A DNA stretch of 64,000 bases from an uncultured delta proteobacterium (GTDB lineage Bacteria > Desulfobacterota > Binatia > UBA9968), in assembly GCA_963727625.1 (NCBI GenBank), contig CAVSHR010000005.1:544001-608000 (forward strand), read 5' to 3'. The position numbers were made by a program, and so were the translations under genes. Below the pieces are notes generated by a model. It worked only from the letters and a program-made list of their open reading frames with translations. It made no database searches and had not been told where the DNA came from. Below, one piece after another: positions 49,840-59,292 of the stretch; position 1 is the stretch's first letter, and the number at the start of each line of letters is the position of its first letter.

Positions 49840-52800
49840 CCGTAGACAGAAATGCACCGGAACTCATCGACGCTGCCGAGCGCGAGCGCGCGGTGGCGAC
49901 CTTTGACCGCAATCTGGTGGTCACCGCGGGCGCGGGCACGGGCAAGACCACGCTACTGGTCGACCGGCTGGCGCACTTGCTTCTGCGCAATCCCGACCCA
50001 TTGCGCATCACCGAGATCGTCGCCCTGACTTTTACCAATAAAGCCGCCAATGAAATGAAGCTTCGCCTGCGCGACCGGTTGCAAAGCTATCTGGCCGTCT
50101 GGCTCGACCGAAAACCCGCCGGCAGCGTCGAGCGCAAAGCCAAGGCGGACGTCGAAGCGCTGCTCGCGCGTTATCAGCTATCCAAGGACGACCTCGACGG
50201 CCGTATTCATGACGCGCTCCGAAATATCGAGCGGAGCGACATCGGCACGATGCATAGTTTCGCGGCGACGCTGCTGCGCCTTTATCCGCTCGAAGCCGGT
50301 GTCGATCCGCAATTTAACGAAGACGATGGCGCACAATTCGACCGGCTATTCGACGAGCAATGGGATCTCTGGCTCGATCAGGAGCTTTCTCTTAGAAGCC
50401 CTCAAACCGACAATTGGAAGGCTGTCCTTGGGAAGGTCACCCTCGATCACGTCAAGGCGCTGGCAAAATCGCTCGCCGCCGAAACAGTCGAGCTGAAGCG
50501 CGATCGGAAGAACGCTGGCTCGATTCCTGAGGCTCTCAAAGTTTGGCTGGGCCAGCTCGAAGCCGGGGCTGCGTCGCTCAGCGAACACCATCCCGAAGAG
50601 CGCATGAACGAAAAACTCGTGCGCGCGGCGCACGCAGTGATCAAAGCATCCGGCGGGAACGGACCGGCATTGTCATCCGAATTGAGCGAAGCGCGAGCGC
50701 TGTTGGCGGAAAAATCGATCAGCCGAACTCTCAAAGGTTGGTCTTCGGAGGACATCGGCGCAGCGCAAGAGCTCGTGCGCGTCGCCAAAGGGCTCTGCCA
50801 GGTCGATGCCGATCTCACCGGGACGCTGTGGGAGTTGCTCGTTCCCTTCGCGGAAAAGTTTCGAGAAATATTTGTCCGCCAAGGATTTGTTTCTTTCGAT
50901 GGCCTGCTGATCCGCGCGCGCAACCTCGTGCGCGATCAGCTGCGCGTGCGGGAGGAACTGAAACGCCGATACCGCACGATCTTGATCGACGAATTTCAGG
51001 ACACCGATCCGATCCAGTACGAGATCCTGCTTTACCTCGCGGAAATTCAGAGCGCTGCGGCCAAAGATTGGCGCAAGGTCAATCTCACTGCCGGAAAAGT
51101 CTTCGTCGTCGGCGATCCCAAGCAATCGATCTACGCTTTTCGCCGCGCCGATATCGAGGCTTATCTCGAAGTCGTCGAAAAAATCATCAAGGCGCAGGAT
51201 GGCGTCGAGTGCCGCTTGACGACTAATTTCCGCAGCAATAGCGGCATCCTCGATGTCGTCAACGGCGCGTTTTCCGCGCTCATCCGGCCGCAGGACGGGA
51301 TTCAACCGCCCTACATCGCCATCCATGCCGCGCCGGGCCGACTATCGGCCGCCGATAGCCATTTGCCCACGGTAACGCTCCGCAAAATTGTCGCCGACCA
51401 AGAACTGAATGCGGAAAAGGCGCGCCGTTTGGAAGGCGAAGGCTTGACGCGCTGGCTGCAAGAAGAAATTCTCGACAAGATGATGATATTGAATGCCGCT
51501 GGCGAACGGGTTTACGCGAAGCCAAAAGACGTCGCAATCTTGTTTCGCAAGCTCACCGACATTCACGACTATCTGGAATCTTTCCGCCGCCGCGACATCC
51601 GTTATGTGGTCGAGGGAGAGCGTCACTTCTACGCCGCCAAAGAGATCATCGACGCAGTCAATTTATTTCGCGCCATCGAAAATCCCTACGACCGCTTGGC
51701 GTTGGTCGGAGTCTTGCGCTCGCCGCTCGGTGGCTTGACCGACCGGCAAATCTACGATTTGCATCGGGCGAACTTGCTCGACTACCGGAAAGCCGAATCG
51801 GTGGGCAAAGAAAAGGACCTCGCCACGCTAGCCGAGCTTTATCGTCTAATGGCACATTTGAATGACGAGACGCGGCTCCTGCCGGTGGGTGAAGCGATCA
51901 ACAAAATCTTTGCGACCTTGCCGCTCAAGCTCTTGGCCGCGTGTCAGTTTCATGGCGAGCAAGCCGTGGCGAATCTGGAGAAGCTCCGCCAGCAAGCGAT
52001 CCTCCTCGGCCGCGAAAGTCTCACCACGCTCAAAGAAGCGATCCGCCAGCTGCAGGAGCGGGTGCTCGAAGTCAAGGAAGAAGGCGAGAGCGTGCTCGCC
52101 GAGGAGAACCTCGACGCCGTGCGAATCATGAGCATCCACAAAGCGAAGGGTCTGGAGTTTCCCATCGTCGTTTTGGCCGGATGCCACACCGGCACCGACG
52201 GCAGACAATCGACCGATGAGGCCTCTTCCGATTGGTCCACCGGCCTCACCGGTTTGCGCGTCGGTCAGTTCTGGGACTTGCCTGGACTTTATATCGCGGA
52301 GAAAAACCGCCTACGCGCCGAAGAAGAACAAAAGCGCGTGCTCTACGTCGCCATGACGCGGGCGCGAGAGCATCTCGTCCTTTCCTGCGCGCCGTCCGGC
52401 CGCAGGTCCAGCGGCAGCTTCCTTTCGATGCTCGCCGGCAGCTTAGGCGCCGAGATCGAAGACGCGGAAGTTTCAAGCGGCGTTCAGGTCGGTAACGGCA
52501 AGATCGCCGTTCAAGTAATCGCACAAAACCTCTCCGCCCCAGGTCAGAGCCGAAAAAAAGCCAAGGCGAGCAAGAAGAAACCCCATTGGCGGCCATTCAT
52601 CGACACTTGGAATAAACGCCAGGATCGCTACGAGACGGCGATGAAGCAGGTCAAGTTTGTAACCCCGACGCTGCTCAAGCAGCAGGAAGAAGAGAACAGC
52701 GAAATTGCACTTCGCGCGCGGCGGGCAGGCTTGAAGCGCGAACCCGCGCTCCTTGTCGGCGACTTGGCGCATCGCTTTTTGCAGCGCTGGGATTTTGCCG

Positions 52801-53258
52801 CCGACCCAAGCTCGTTGCCCGACCAGGTCAGCGCGTTCGCTCAACCCTTTCTTGCCGGCAAACCGAAGCAGACCCGCGCCAAGATCGAAAACGAGCTGCG
52901 CGAAGTCGTGCAAAAGTTTTCGCGCTCGGCCATCTATGCAGAGCTCACCGAGGCGCGCATTCTCGGGCGCGAAGTGCCGCTCTTGATGCCGTGGAACGGC
53001 CAGATCATGGAAGGTGTGATTGATTTAATCTACGAAAAAAACGGCTTGCATTACTTGGCCGACTATAAGACAGATAGAGTCGCGCCAGATGAACTGCGCC
53101 AAGGCGCTGAACGCTATCGTCCGCAGGCGGAAATTTATTCGCAAGCCGTGAAGCAAAGTCTTGGGCGCGAACCCACGGCGTTTAAAATTATCTTTCTGCG
53201 TCTCGGCGAAGCCGTGGAGATCGCCGCAGAGACCAACAAGAAACTATCACTGTTCTAG
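49836..53258 (+). CDS. addA: AddA-like UvrD helicase-nuclease
   Basis: AGAGTGKT, TFTNKAA, DEFQD, VGDPKQSIY.FR, SIHKAKGLEF, YVAMTRA, GVIDL...ADYKT. Confidence 0.88.
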   Translation: MTVDRNAPELIDAAERERAVATFDRNLVVTAGAGTGKTTLLVDRLAHLLLRNPDPLRITEIVALTFTNKAANEMKLRLRDRLQSYLAVWLDRKPAGSVERKAKADVEALLARYQLSKDDLDGRIHDALRNIERSDIGTMHSFAATLLRLYPLEAGVDPQFNEDDGAQFDRLFDEQWDLWLDQELSLRSPQTDNWKAVLGKVTLDHVKALAKSLAAETVELKRDRKNAGSIPEALKVWLGQLEAGAASLSEHHPEERMNEKLVRAAHAVIKASGGNGPALSSELSEARALLAEKSISRTLKGWSSEDIGAAQELVRVAKGLCQVDADLTGTLWELLVPFAEKFREIFVRQGFVSFDGLLIRARNLVRDQLRVREELKRRYRTILIDEFQDTDPIQYEILLYLAEIQSAAAKDWRKVNLTAGKVFVVGDPKQSIYAFRRADIEAYLEVVEKIIKAQDGVECRLTTNFRSNSGILDVVNGAFSALIRPQDGIQPPYIAIHAAPGRLSAADSHLPTVTLRKIVADQELNAEKARRLEGEGLTRWLQEEILDKMMILNAAGERVYAKPKDVAILFRKLTDIHDYLESFRRRDIRYVVEGERHFYAAKEIIDAVNLFRAIENPYDRLALVGVLRSPLGGLTDRQIYDLHRANLLDYRKAESVGKEKDLATLAELYRLMAHLNDETRLLPVGEAINKIFATLPLKLLAACQFHGEQAVANLEKLRQQAILLGRESLTTLKEAIRQLQERVLEVKEEGESVLAEENLDAVRIMSIHKAKGLEFPIVVLAGCHTGTDGRQSTDEASSDWSTGLTGLRVGQFWDLPGLYIAEKNRLRAEEEQKRVLYVAMTRAREHLVLSCAPSGRRSSGSFLSMLAGSLGAEIEDAEVSSGVQVGNGKIAVQVIAQNLSAPGQSRKKAKASKKKPHWRPFIDTWNKRQDRYETAMKQVKFVTPTLLKQQEEENSEIALRARRAGLKREPALLVGDLAHRFLQRWDFAADPSSLPDQVSAFAQPFLAGKPKQTRAKIENELREVVQKFSRSAIYAELTEARILGREVPLLMPWNGQIMEGVIDLIYEKNGLHYLADYKTDRVAPDELRQGAERYRPQAEIYSQAVKQSLGREPTAFKIIFLRLGEAVEIAAETNKKLSLF

Positions 53259-53267
53259 AGATTCTTT

Positions 53268-53873
53268 ATGAAAATTTGCTTTCTCGATATTGAAACCGTC
53301 CCCACCGACCAATCATTGAAAGAAAACGGCCTGCTCGATTCGCAGATCCAACTCGACGAGGCCGAGCTCATCAAGAAGCTCAGTCTTTCGGCGACGACGG
53401 CAAAGATTCTTTGCCTGTGCTACGCCATCGAGCCATCGGCGAGCGGCACTGTGGAAGTCCTGCAGGGTGAAGAGACCGACATCATCAAAAACTTCTGGAA
53501 GCTCGCCGTGGATGTCAATCTCTTCGTCGGCCACAATATTTTGGATTTCGACCTGCGCTTCATCTATCAACGCTCGGTCATCCACCAGATCAAACCGTCC
53601 CGCGACATCCCTTTCACCCGCTTCCGCAACGCGCCGATCTACGACACCATGCAAGAATGGAGCAAATGGGGCCGAGAGCACGCCAGCCTCGACTCGCTCT
53701 CCAAAGCTCTTGGCATCCCCTCACCCAAAGAAAATCTCGATGGCTCGAAAGTCTACCCCTACTATCGCGCCGGAAGGCTCGCCGAAATCGTCGAATACTG
53801 CAAACGGGATGTTGAGTCCACGCGTCAAGTCTATAGGCGGCTTACGTTTACGAAAGGGCCGGGCTCAGCGTAG
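53268..53873 (+). CDS. Stand-alone 3'-5' exonuclease (PolB-like RNase H fold, DEDD)
   Basis: DIET (ExoI), HNILDFD (ExoII), YCKRD (ExoIII); 9 bp after addA. Confidence 0.85.
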   Translation: MKICFLDIETVPTDQSLKENGLLDSQIQLDEAELIKKLSLSATTAKILCLCYAIEPSASGTVEVLQGEETDIIKNFWKLAVDVNLFVGHNILDFDLRFIYQRSVIHQIKPSRDIPFTRFRNAPIYDTMQEWSKWGREHASLDSLSKALGIPSPKENLDGSKVYPYYRAGRLAEIVEYCKRDVESTRQVYRRLTFTKGPGSA

Positions 53874-54092
53874 ATAGAGCTGGTCGACAGCCCTATCGGG
53901 AAAAAACTTGTCATGAGGGGCTTCCGCAAGTTTCAATTGACGTTCAGTTCCCGTTCCCGCCTTCCCAATGCCTCGGTTGACTCCCAATCGGGCAATCTAT
54001 AATAATTGAAGTCAAATCCGCTGGGCTTGAGTATCATATCCTCACGCCAGTTCGCAGATTCCGGTAACGTAATGAGCACTTAAGGAGGCATT

Positions 54093-55289
54093 ATGGATCA
54101 TCCCGCTGAGCAATCATTTCAGGAACCGACCGATAAAAAGACCCGGGCTGGCTATGGAAAATTTCTCCGGCCTAATACACCCTATGACAACTTCATGGAG
54201 TCGCAGGGCATTCCAATCTATCGCGACATCGGCGTCCGCCGCGTTCAGGACTTGCCGCGCAAGCCGTGGAAGCGCATGGGCGGCAACGGTACCTTCATCC
54301 AGCTTCTGGGCACCGAGGGGCTGTGGGGCTGCTACGTCGTCGAAGTTCCTGGCGCCGGGGCTTTGAACCCGGAAAAGCATCTTTACGAAGAACAATATCT
54401 CGTCGTCGACGGCCGTGGCACGACCGAGGTTTGGATCGAAGGCAATCCGAAGAAGGTCACCTTTGAGTGGCAAAAGGGTTCGATGTTTGCCATCCCGATG
54501 AATGCGACGCATCGTATCGTCAACGCAACTTCGAGCCCGGCGCTTCTGCTGGGCGGCACCACAGCGCCGAACGTCATGAATAACTTCGGTAGCGACGATT
54601 TTATCTTCAATTGCCCCTATCACTTCAAAGATCGTTTCGATCCGAGCGACGACTACTACAAGTACAAAGAAGAAGTCACGCCTGATCCGCTCCGGGGTCT
54701 CGCCATGCGCCAGACCAACATCATTCCCGACGTGATGTCCTGCGAGTTGCCCATGGACAACCGCCGCTCGCCGGGTTACCGGCGCATCGAACCGCACATG
54801 GCGGGACAGCAATTCTATATGTGGATCGGCCAGCATGAAACCGGCCGTTACTCGAAGGCGCATGCCCATGGCTCCGCCGCGGTGCTGATTTGTCTCAGCG
54901 GCAAAGGGTATACCTACACCTGGCCGTCAAAATTAGGCACCCACCCCTGGGAGAACGGCACGACAGAAGAAATCAGACGGCAGGACTATGAACCGGTGGG
55001 CATGGTGAGCGCCGCGCCGATGAGCGGCAATTGGTTCCACGCTCACTTTGGCGCGAGTAAAGAGCCGCTGCGTCTCACCGCCTGGTTCGGTCCCAATGCG
55101 CCGGGACGCGACCGCGGCAAGCCTGGCGAGAAGGGCATCGACTACGGCGCTATCGACATGAAAGATGGCGGCACGGCAATCCCGTACAACGAAGAAGATC
55201 CGTATCTCCGTAAAGAGTTTGAAGAAACGCTCGCGAGCGTCGGCGCGAAATCCCGCATGGAGCCGGAACTCTATACGCACTCCTACTGA
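54093..55289 (+). CDS. Bicupin protein (gentisate-dioxygenase-like fold), function unknown
   Basis: EKHLYEE..VVDGRG / FAIPMNATH; KAHAH..LSGKG / WFHAH; RBS AAGGAGG. Confidence 0.82.
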   Translation: MDHPAEQSFQEPTDKKTRAGYGKFLRPNTPYDNFMESQGIPIYRDIGVRRVQDLPRKPWKRMGGNGTFIQLLGTEGLWGCYVVEVPGAGALNPEKHLYEEQYLVVDGRGTTEVWIEGNPKKVTFEWQKGSMFAIPMNATHRIVNATSSPALLLGGTTAPNVMNNFGSDDFIFNCPYHFKDRFDPSDDYYKYKEEVTPDPLRGLAMRQTNIIPDVMSCELPMDNRRSPGYRRIEPHMAGQQFYMWIGQHETGRYSKAHAHGSAAVLICLSGKGYTYTWPSKLGTHPWENGTTEEIRRQDYEPVGMVSAAPMSGNWFHAHFGASKEPLRLTAWFGPNAPGRDRGKPGEKGIDYGAIDMKDGGTAIPYNEEDPYLRKEFEETLASVGAKSRMEPELYTHSY

Positions 55290-55308
55290 GAATCAATCAC
55301 TGTCTAGT

Positions 55309-55362
55309 GTCTAGCGTCTCGGGTTTAGCGTTCGAATGAACGCTAAACCCGAGACGCTAGAC
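55309..55362. repeat. Perfect 25-bp inverted repeat built from GTCTAGC-like heptamers
   Basis: GTCTAGCGTCTCGGGTTTAGCGTTC-GAAT-GAACGCTAAACCCGAGACGCTAGAC. Confidence 0.92.
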
Positions 55363-55394
55363 GTCAAACCAAACTTTCTCGTCCAAGGATTTTC

Positions 55395-56879
55395 ATGGCC
55401 ACCGCACCTAGAGGTTCGTTTTCCAATGCCAACCGCCACATGCAGGAAGAGGAAACTCTTCAGCTCACCAGCGTGGGCGTGGATATCGGCTCGTCGACAT
55501 CGCATCTGGTTTTTTCCCGACTTGAGTTGACCCTCGAAGGTTCGCGCTATCGTGTGACCAAACGCGACGTGTTGAACGAGTCGCAAATACTCCTGACTCC
55601 CTACGTCGATGACACTCGAATCGACGTTGAGGCGCTGGAAACCTTCATCAACGAACAATACAAGAATGCCAAGATCCGCCGCGAGGATGTCGACACCGGT
55701 GCGCTCATACTCACCGGTGTCGCCGTGCGCCGGCGCAACGCCCGCGCCATCGCCGAGCTGTTCGCGGAGGAGGCGGGAAAATTCGTTGCGGTAAGCGCCG
55801 GGGACGGCTTGGAGGCGACCATGGCGGCGCATGGCTCCGGCGCGGTCGCCCACTCGGAGAAAATCGGCGGTGTCGTGCTCAACGTCGACATCGGCGGCGG
55901 CACCAGCAAGTTTGCCATCTGCAACAACGGCAAGGTCCAGGAGGTTTCGGCCCTCGACATCGGCGCGCGCCTGCTCGCCTTCGACAAGGATGGCGCGGTC
56001 GTGCGCATCGAAGAGGCCGGCCGCAAACATGCCGGCTGGGCGGGATTCGCGGTGGAGCTCGGCAAGAAAATTCCGCAGGACAGTCTGAAGAAGATGGTCG
56101 CCGGCATGATTGATAAGCTGTTCGTCATGCTCAAACCGGGGGAGGCCAGCGAAGAGATCAAGGGGCTGTTGCGCCTGCCGCCGCTCACTTACCGAGGTGA
56201 GATCGATTGCGTAATGTTTTCGGGCGGCGTTTCCGAATTCATCTACAATCGAACCAAAACCACTTTCGGCGACCTGGGACCGCTGATCGCCGAGGAGGTC
56301 CATCGGCGCATGAGCGACCTGGGTCTCCTCGTCATGGAACCCAATGCGCGCATTCGGGCCACCGTGATCGGCGCGTCCCAGTATACCGTGCAAGTGAGCG
56401 GCAACACCGTATTCATATCACCGGTAGAAGCCGTGCCAGTTCGCAATATCGCCGTGGTGGCGCCGGAGTTTCCGCTCGACAACGACGAGTTCACCAAAGA
56501 AGCGGTGCGCGATGCGACGCTAAGCGCGCTACGGCGTCTCGATCTCTTGAGCGCGCGCCAACCGGTAGCGGTCGCCTTTCATTGGGACGGCTCGGCGACG
56601 TTTTTCCGCCTCCAAGCCTTTTGCAGCGGCATCGCCGAAGGGCTAAAGGACATTCTGGCCAAAGGCCATCCGTTGGTGCTGGTCAACGACGGCGACATTG
56701 GCGGCATTATCGGGCTTCACTTCCAAGAAGAATTGCAGACGCAGGCGTCGATCATTTCTATCGATGGCATCGCCCTCAGCGATTTCGATTACATCGACAT
56801 CGGCGCGCTCATCCAGTCGTCCGGTGCTGTGCCGGTGGTTATCAAATCCCTGATCTTTCCCGCCTCGCCGCAACAATAA
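55395..56879 (+). CDS. EutA-like (ethanolamine ammonia-lyase reactivase family) actin-fold ATPase
   Basis: SVGVDIGSSTS, TGALILTG, FVAVSAG, NVDIGGGTS, FSGGVSE, IRATVIGA, DFDYIDIG...VPVVIKSL. Confidence 0.88.
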   Translation: MATAPRGSFSNANRHMQEEETLQLTSVGVDIGSSTSHLVFSRLELTLEGSRYRVTKRDVLNESQILLTPYVDDTRIDVEALETFINEQYKNAKIRREDVDTGALILTGVAVRRRNARAIAELFAEEAGKFVAVSAGDGLEATMAAHGSGAVAHSEKIGGVVLNVDIGGGTSKFAICNNGKVQEVSALDIGARLLAFDKDGAVVRIEEAGRKHAGWAGFAVELGKKIPQDSLKKMVAGMIDKLFVMLKPGEASEEIKGLLRLPPLTYRGEIDCVMFSGGVSEFIYNRTKTTFGDLGPLIAEEVHRRMSDLGLLVMEPNARIRATVIGASQYTVQVSGNTVFISPVEAVPVRNIAVVAPEFPLDNDEFTKEAVRDATLSALRRLDLLSARQPVAVAFHWDGSATFFRLQAFCSGIAEGLKDILAKGHPLVLVNDGDIGGIIGLHFQEELQTQASIISIDGIALSDFDYIDIGALIQSSGAVPVVIKSLIFPASPQQ

Positions 56880-56914
56880 AAAGCCGGGAGAATTTTTCTC
56901 TCCCGGCTTTTTTT
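56879..56914. terminator. Bidirectional intrinsic terminator
   Basis: AAAA-GCCGGGAGA-loop-TCTCCCGGC-TTTTTTT between convergent genes. Confidence 0.88.
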
Positions 56915-56917
56915 GGT

Positions 56918-56941
56918 TCGAACATTTTGAACGATTTGAAC
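56918..56941. repeat. 9-mer tandem repeat (TTGAACGAT-like)
   Basis: TCGAACATT-TTGAACGAT-TTGAAC. Confidence 0.55.
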
Positions 56942-56952
56942 CCGAAAGATTC

Positions 56953-58035
56953 TTAGACCCTAAAAAAGCGCTTGGCATTTTCACCTAAAACCGCGGCCTT
57001 TTCTGCATGGCTCAAGTCAGGCCGCTCCACAGTTTCGTGGATCATTTGCTTGGCCGCCACTAAATCGACTTCGTGGGGATAGTCGGACGCGTACGAAAGC
57101 GCGTCGGCGCCACATTGTTTGATAACGTACGGCAAGATCCATTCGTTCCCCTCACAGCCGACAACGACCTGGCCGCTGGAGAGGTAATCATTGAGGCTGC
57201 GCGAATGGCCGGTGCTGGTGGTGTAGACGTTGTCGTCGCGGTCCATGCGATCTTTGAGGAGCAGCAGCCAAGCGCAACCACCTTCGAAAAAACCGATATG
57301 TAAGTCTTTATAACGATCGAGAACGCCGTGATAGACCAAGGACACGAACTCAAGAGCCAACGGCATTGGATGTCTTAAAACGCGCGCTGCCCAGGGATCG
57401 GTAAAAGTATCGGCGCCGAGCCCAATGCTCGAGCCGCCATGAATTCCCAAAGCGCAGCCGAGATTGGCCGCCTCCTCGTAAACCGGCCAGTAATAATCGT
57501 GACCGAGATGAAGCGGCAAACCGCGCGACGGCAGCATCGCTCCCGGAAGCTTTAGATCCACCACCAAGCGGCGCAATTCCTTTACGGCTTCCTTGACATC
57601 CTGCATGGCGATCAGGCCCATCGGGTGAAGCCGCGAGTCGACTTTGCGGTAGCGCTCCGAGACATAATCGTTAAAGGCGCGGCAAACGCGCGTCGCGTAA
57701 TCTGCTTGTTGGAAAAAGCCCACCGAAAGTCCTTCGGACGGGAATAGCACGGCTTGCGAAACCGCCGCATTCTCCAAGAAAGCGACCCAATCTTCGCCCG
57801 AACCTTTGCGATGATCGCTGGCGTCGACGCGCGGCCGACGCGGCGCCTCGACCTCGCCGCTCTTGCGCACATTTCTCGGATAGTGAATATCGTCAAGGCT
57901 GGCAAATACTCCCTGGCGATTTCTCGACGGAGTCAATGCAACTTCACGATCCACTGGATCGAGAAACGGCACCATTTCCGGAATCGACTCGATGATATGA
58001 CCGTCACAATCAAAGACCCTAATTTTTTCTGCCAC
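56953..58035 (-). CDS. Amidohydrolase-2-family protein
   Basis: DCDGH, FNDY, GIHGG, FEGG, ASDYPH, GENAKRF; GTG at 58035 after GGAGG. Confidence 0.88.
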   Translation of the reverse strand: MAEKIRVFDCDGHIIESIPEMVPFLDPVDREVALTPSRNRQGVFASLDDIHYPRNVRKSGEVEAPRRPRVDASDHRKGSGEDWVAFLENAAVSQAVLFPSEGLSVGFFQQADYATRVCRAFNDYVSERYRKVDSRLHPMGLIAMQDVKEAVKELRRLVVDLKLPGAMLPSRGLPLHLGHDYYWPVYEEAANLGCALGIHGGSSIGLGADTFTDPWAARVLRHPMPLALEFVSLVYHGVLDRYKDLHIGFFEGGCAWLLLLKDRMDRDDNVYTTSTGHSRSLNDYLSSGQVVVGCEGNEWILPYVIKQCGADALSYASDYPHEVDLVAAKQMIHETVERPDLSHAEKAAVLGENAKRFFRV

Positions 58036-58411
58036 GCGAAATTCCTCCAAAAACTTTTTGGTATATGACGATTTTTCTACCACAAAGCCCTGGCCGACGA
58101 AAATAGCCGCTCTGCGGCGGTTGAGGCTTCTTCGACACCGCGCTGAGGCGTGACAATCATCCCATCCCGCGCGCGGACCAGATCGAAACCTTAAGTCGAA
58201 CCGAGGTATTTTTTTCCTCGGCCATCGGTCGAGGATGTTTTTATGCCGATCATGCCCAGCAATCGCCATCGCTTGCCAAAAATTACAGGAGGCCGGCACA
58301 AACTTGCGCGGAAGCAAAAATTTGTTCGAATTTTTCGTAAAACTCTCGCCACTTATCTTGACAACGCCGGTCGTTACGCCTAAAACCGACCCCGTTATCA
58401 GGGCTGCAACT

Positions 58412-59248
58412 ATGTCGAAGTACCGCGCGCGCCATTGCCCGAGATGTAATTACTTCATAGGCTTTGCAGTAACCAGACAGGTCACGAGGAGCGGCGAGAG
58501 CACGGTCACTAATTTCTGTCTGAATTGCAACCATAGGCTGCCGGTGCGCCGGATTATTCACGGCGCCCGCAAAACCGCCCCGTCACTGCGCCGGTCTGGC
58601 TTGCGCTTGGTCCACAACACGCTGAATACTCCCGCGTTTGGCACGGAGGGCGAGAGCCAGCGTAACGATATGGATAGCAGAATCAGTTCGGCCGATTACG
58701 CACGCCATTTGCGAGCTATCGGTCAAGACTTGGAAACTCGTCACCTGAGCCAGTTCAATCTCGAGTTTAATGGCGACGCCTATTGGGTGTGGGTAAAGGC
58801 CGGTGATCAGGTCGAAAATAGCAAGCCGCTGATGCGCATCAGCAAGAATCGTCTGCAAAAACTCTGGCGCAACCGCACGTCGCCGCGCACCATCGGCCAC
58901 GAGGAATCTTACGCGAATCCTGCTTCCGAAATGGGCCGAAGAATGCGCTATTCGGTTCAAGAATTGGATCGCATCGAGCAGGAACAGTACGCGCTCCGGC
59001 ACCGACCGAGCGGCAGTGCTGACGGTCACAGCCTGTCGCAATTGCTACGCACGGTCGGCGATCTTGTCGGGCAGCGAAGCGCACGGCTCTTAGGAATAGC
59101 TTGGCAGGACCTCTCGATCGCGGTGGTCGTCGAGACGCCTCAAGGGCGCAAGGAAATCGACATATTTCGCCCGGACAACTTGTACGACCTCTGGGTCAGA
59201 ATGTATTTGAAGCGCAATAACCGCGCGTCTCCCAATGGTCCGCGCTAA
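58412..59248 (+). CDS. Hypothetical protein with N-terminal zinc ribbon
   Basis: CPRC-x23-CLNC; long ORF with an internal LRAIGQ/LRTVG repeat; family not recognised. Confidence 0.65.
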   Translation: MSKYRARHCPRCNYFIGFAVTRQVTRSGESTVTNFCLNCNHRLPVRRIIHGARKTAPSLRRSGLRLVHNTLNTPAFGTEGESQRNDMDSRISSADYARHLRAIGQDLETRHLSQFNLEFNGDAYWVWVKAGDQVENSKPLMRISKNRLQKLWRNRTSPRTIGHEESYANPASEMGRRMRYSVQELDRIEQEQYALRHRPSGSADGHSLSQLLRTVGDLVGQRSARLLGIAWQDLSIAVVVETPQGRKEIDIFRPDNLYDLWVRMYLKRNNRASPNGPR

Positions 59249-59292
59249 ATTCAACGCACATCTTATTTCGATCATCGAATCGGTGGCGACAG

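Noticed and set aside
54005-54085. Possible structured leader before the cupin gene
   Set aside because: Only a weak interrupted stem; no recognisable riboswitch consensus or terminator.
58036-58411. N-terminal extensions in the ORF track (amidohydrolase to 58317, zinc-ribbon protein from 58235; likewise ssb, GcvT-like and AKR)
   Set aside because: Domain boundaries, and in most cases an RBS, support later starts; the extensions overlap divergent promoter regions or neighbouring genes.
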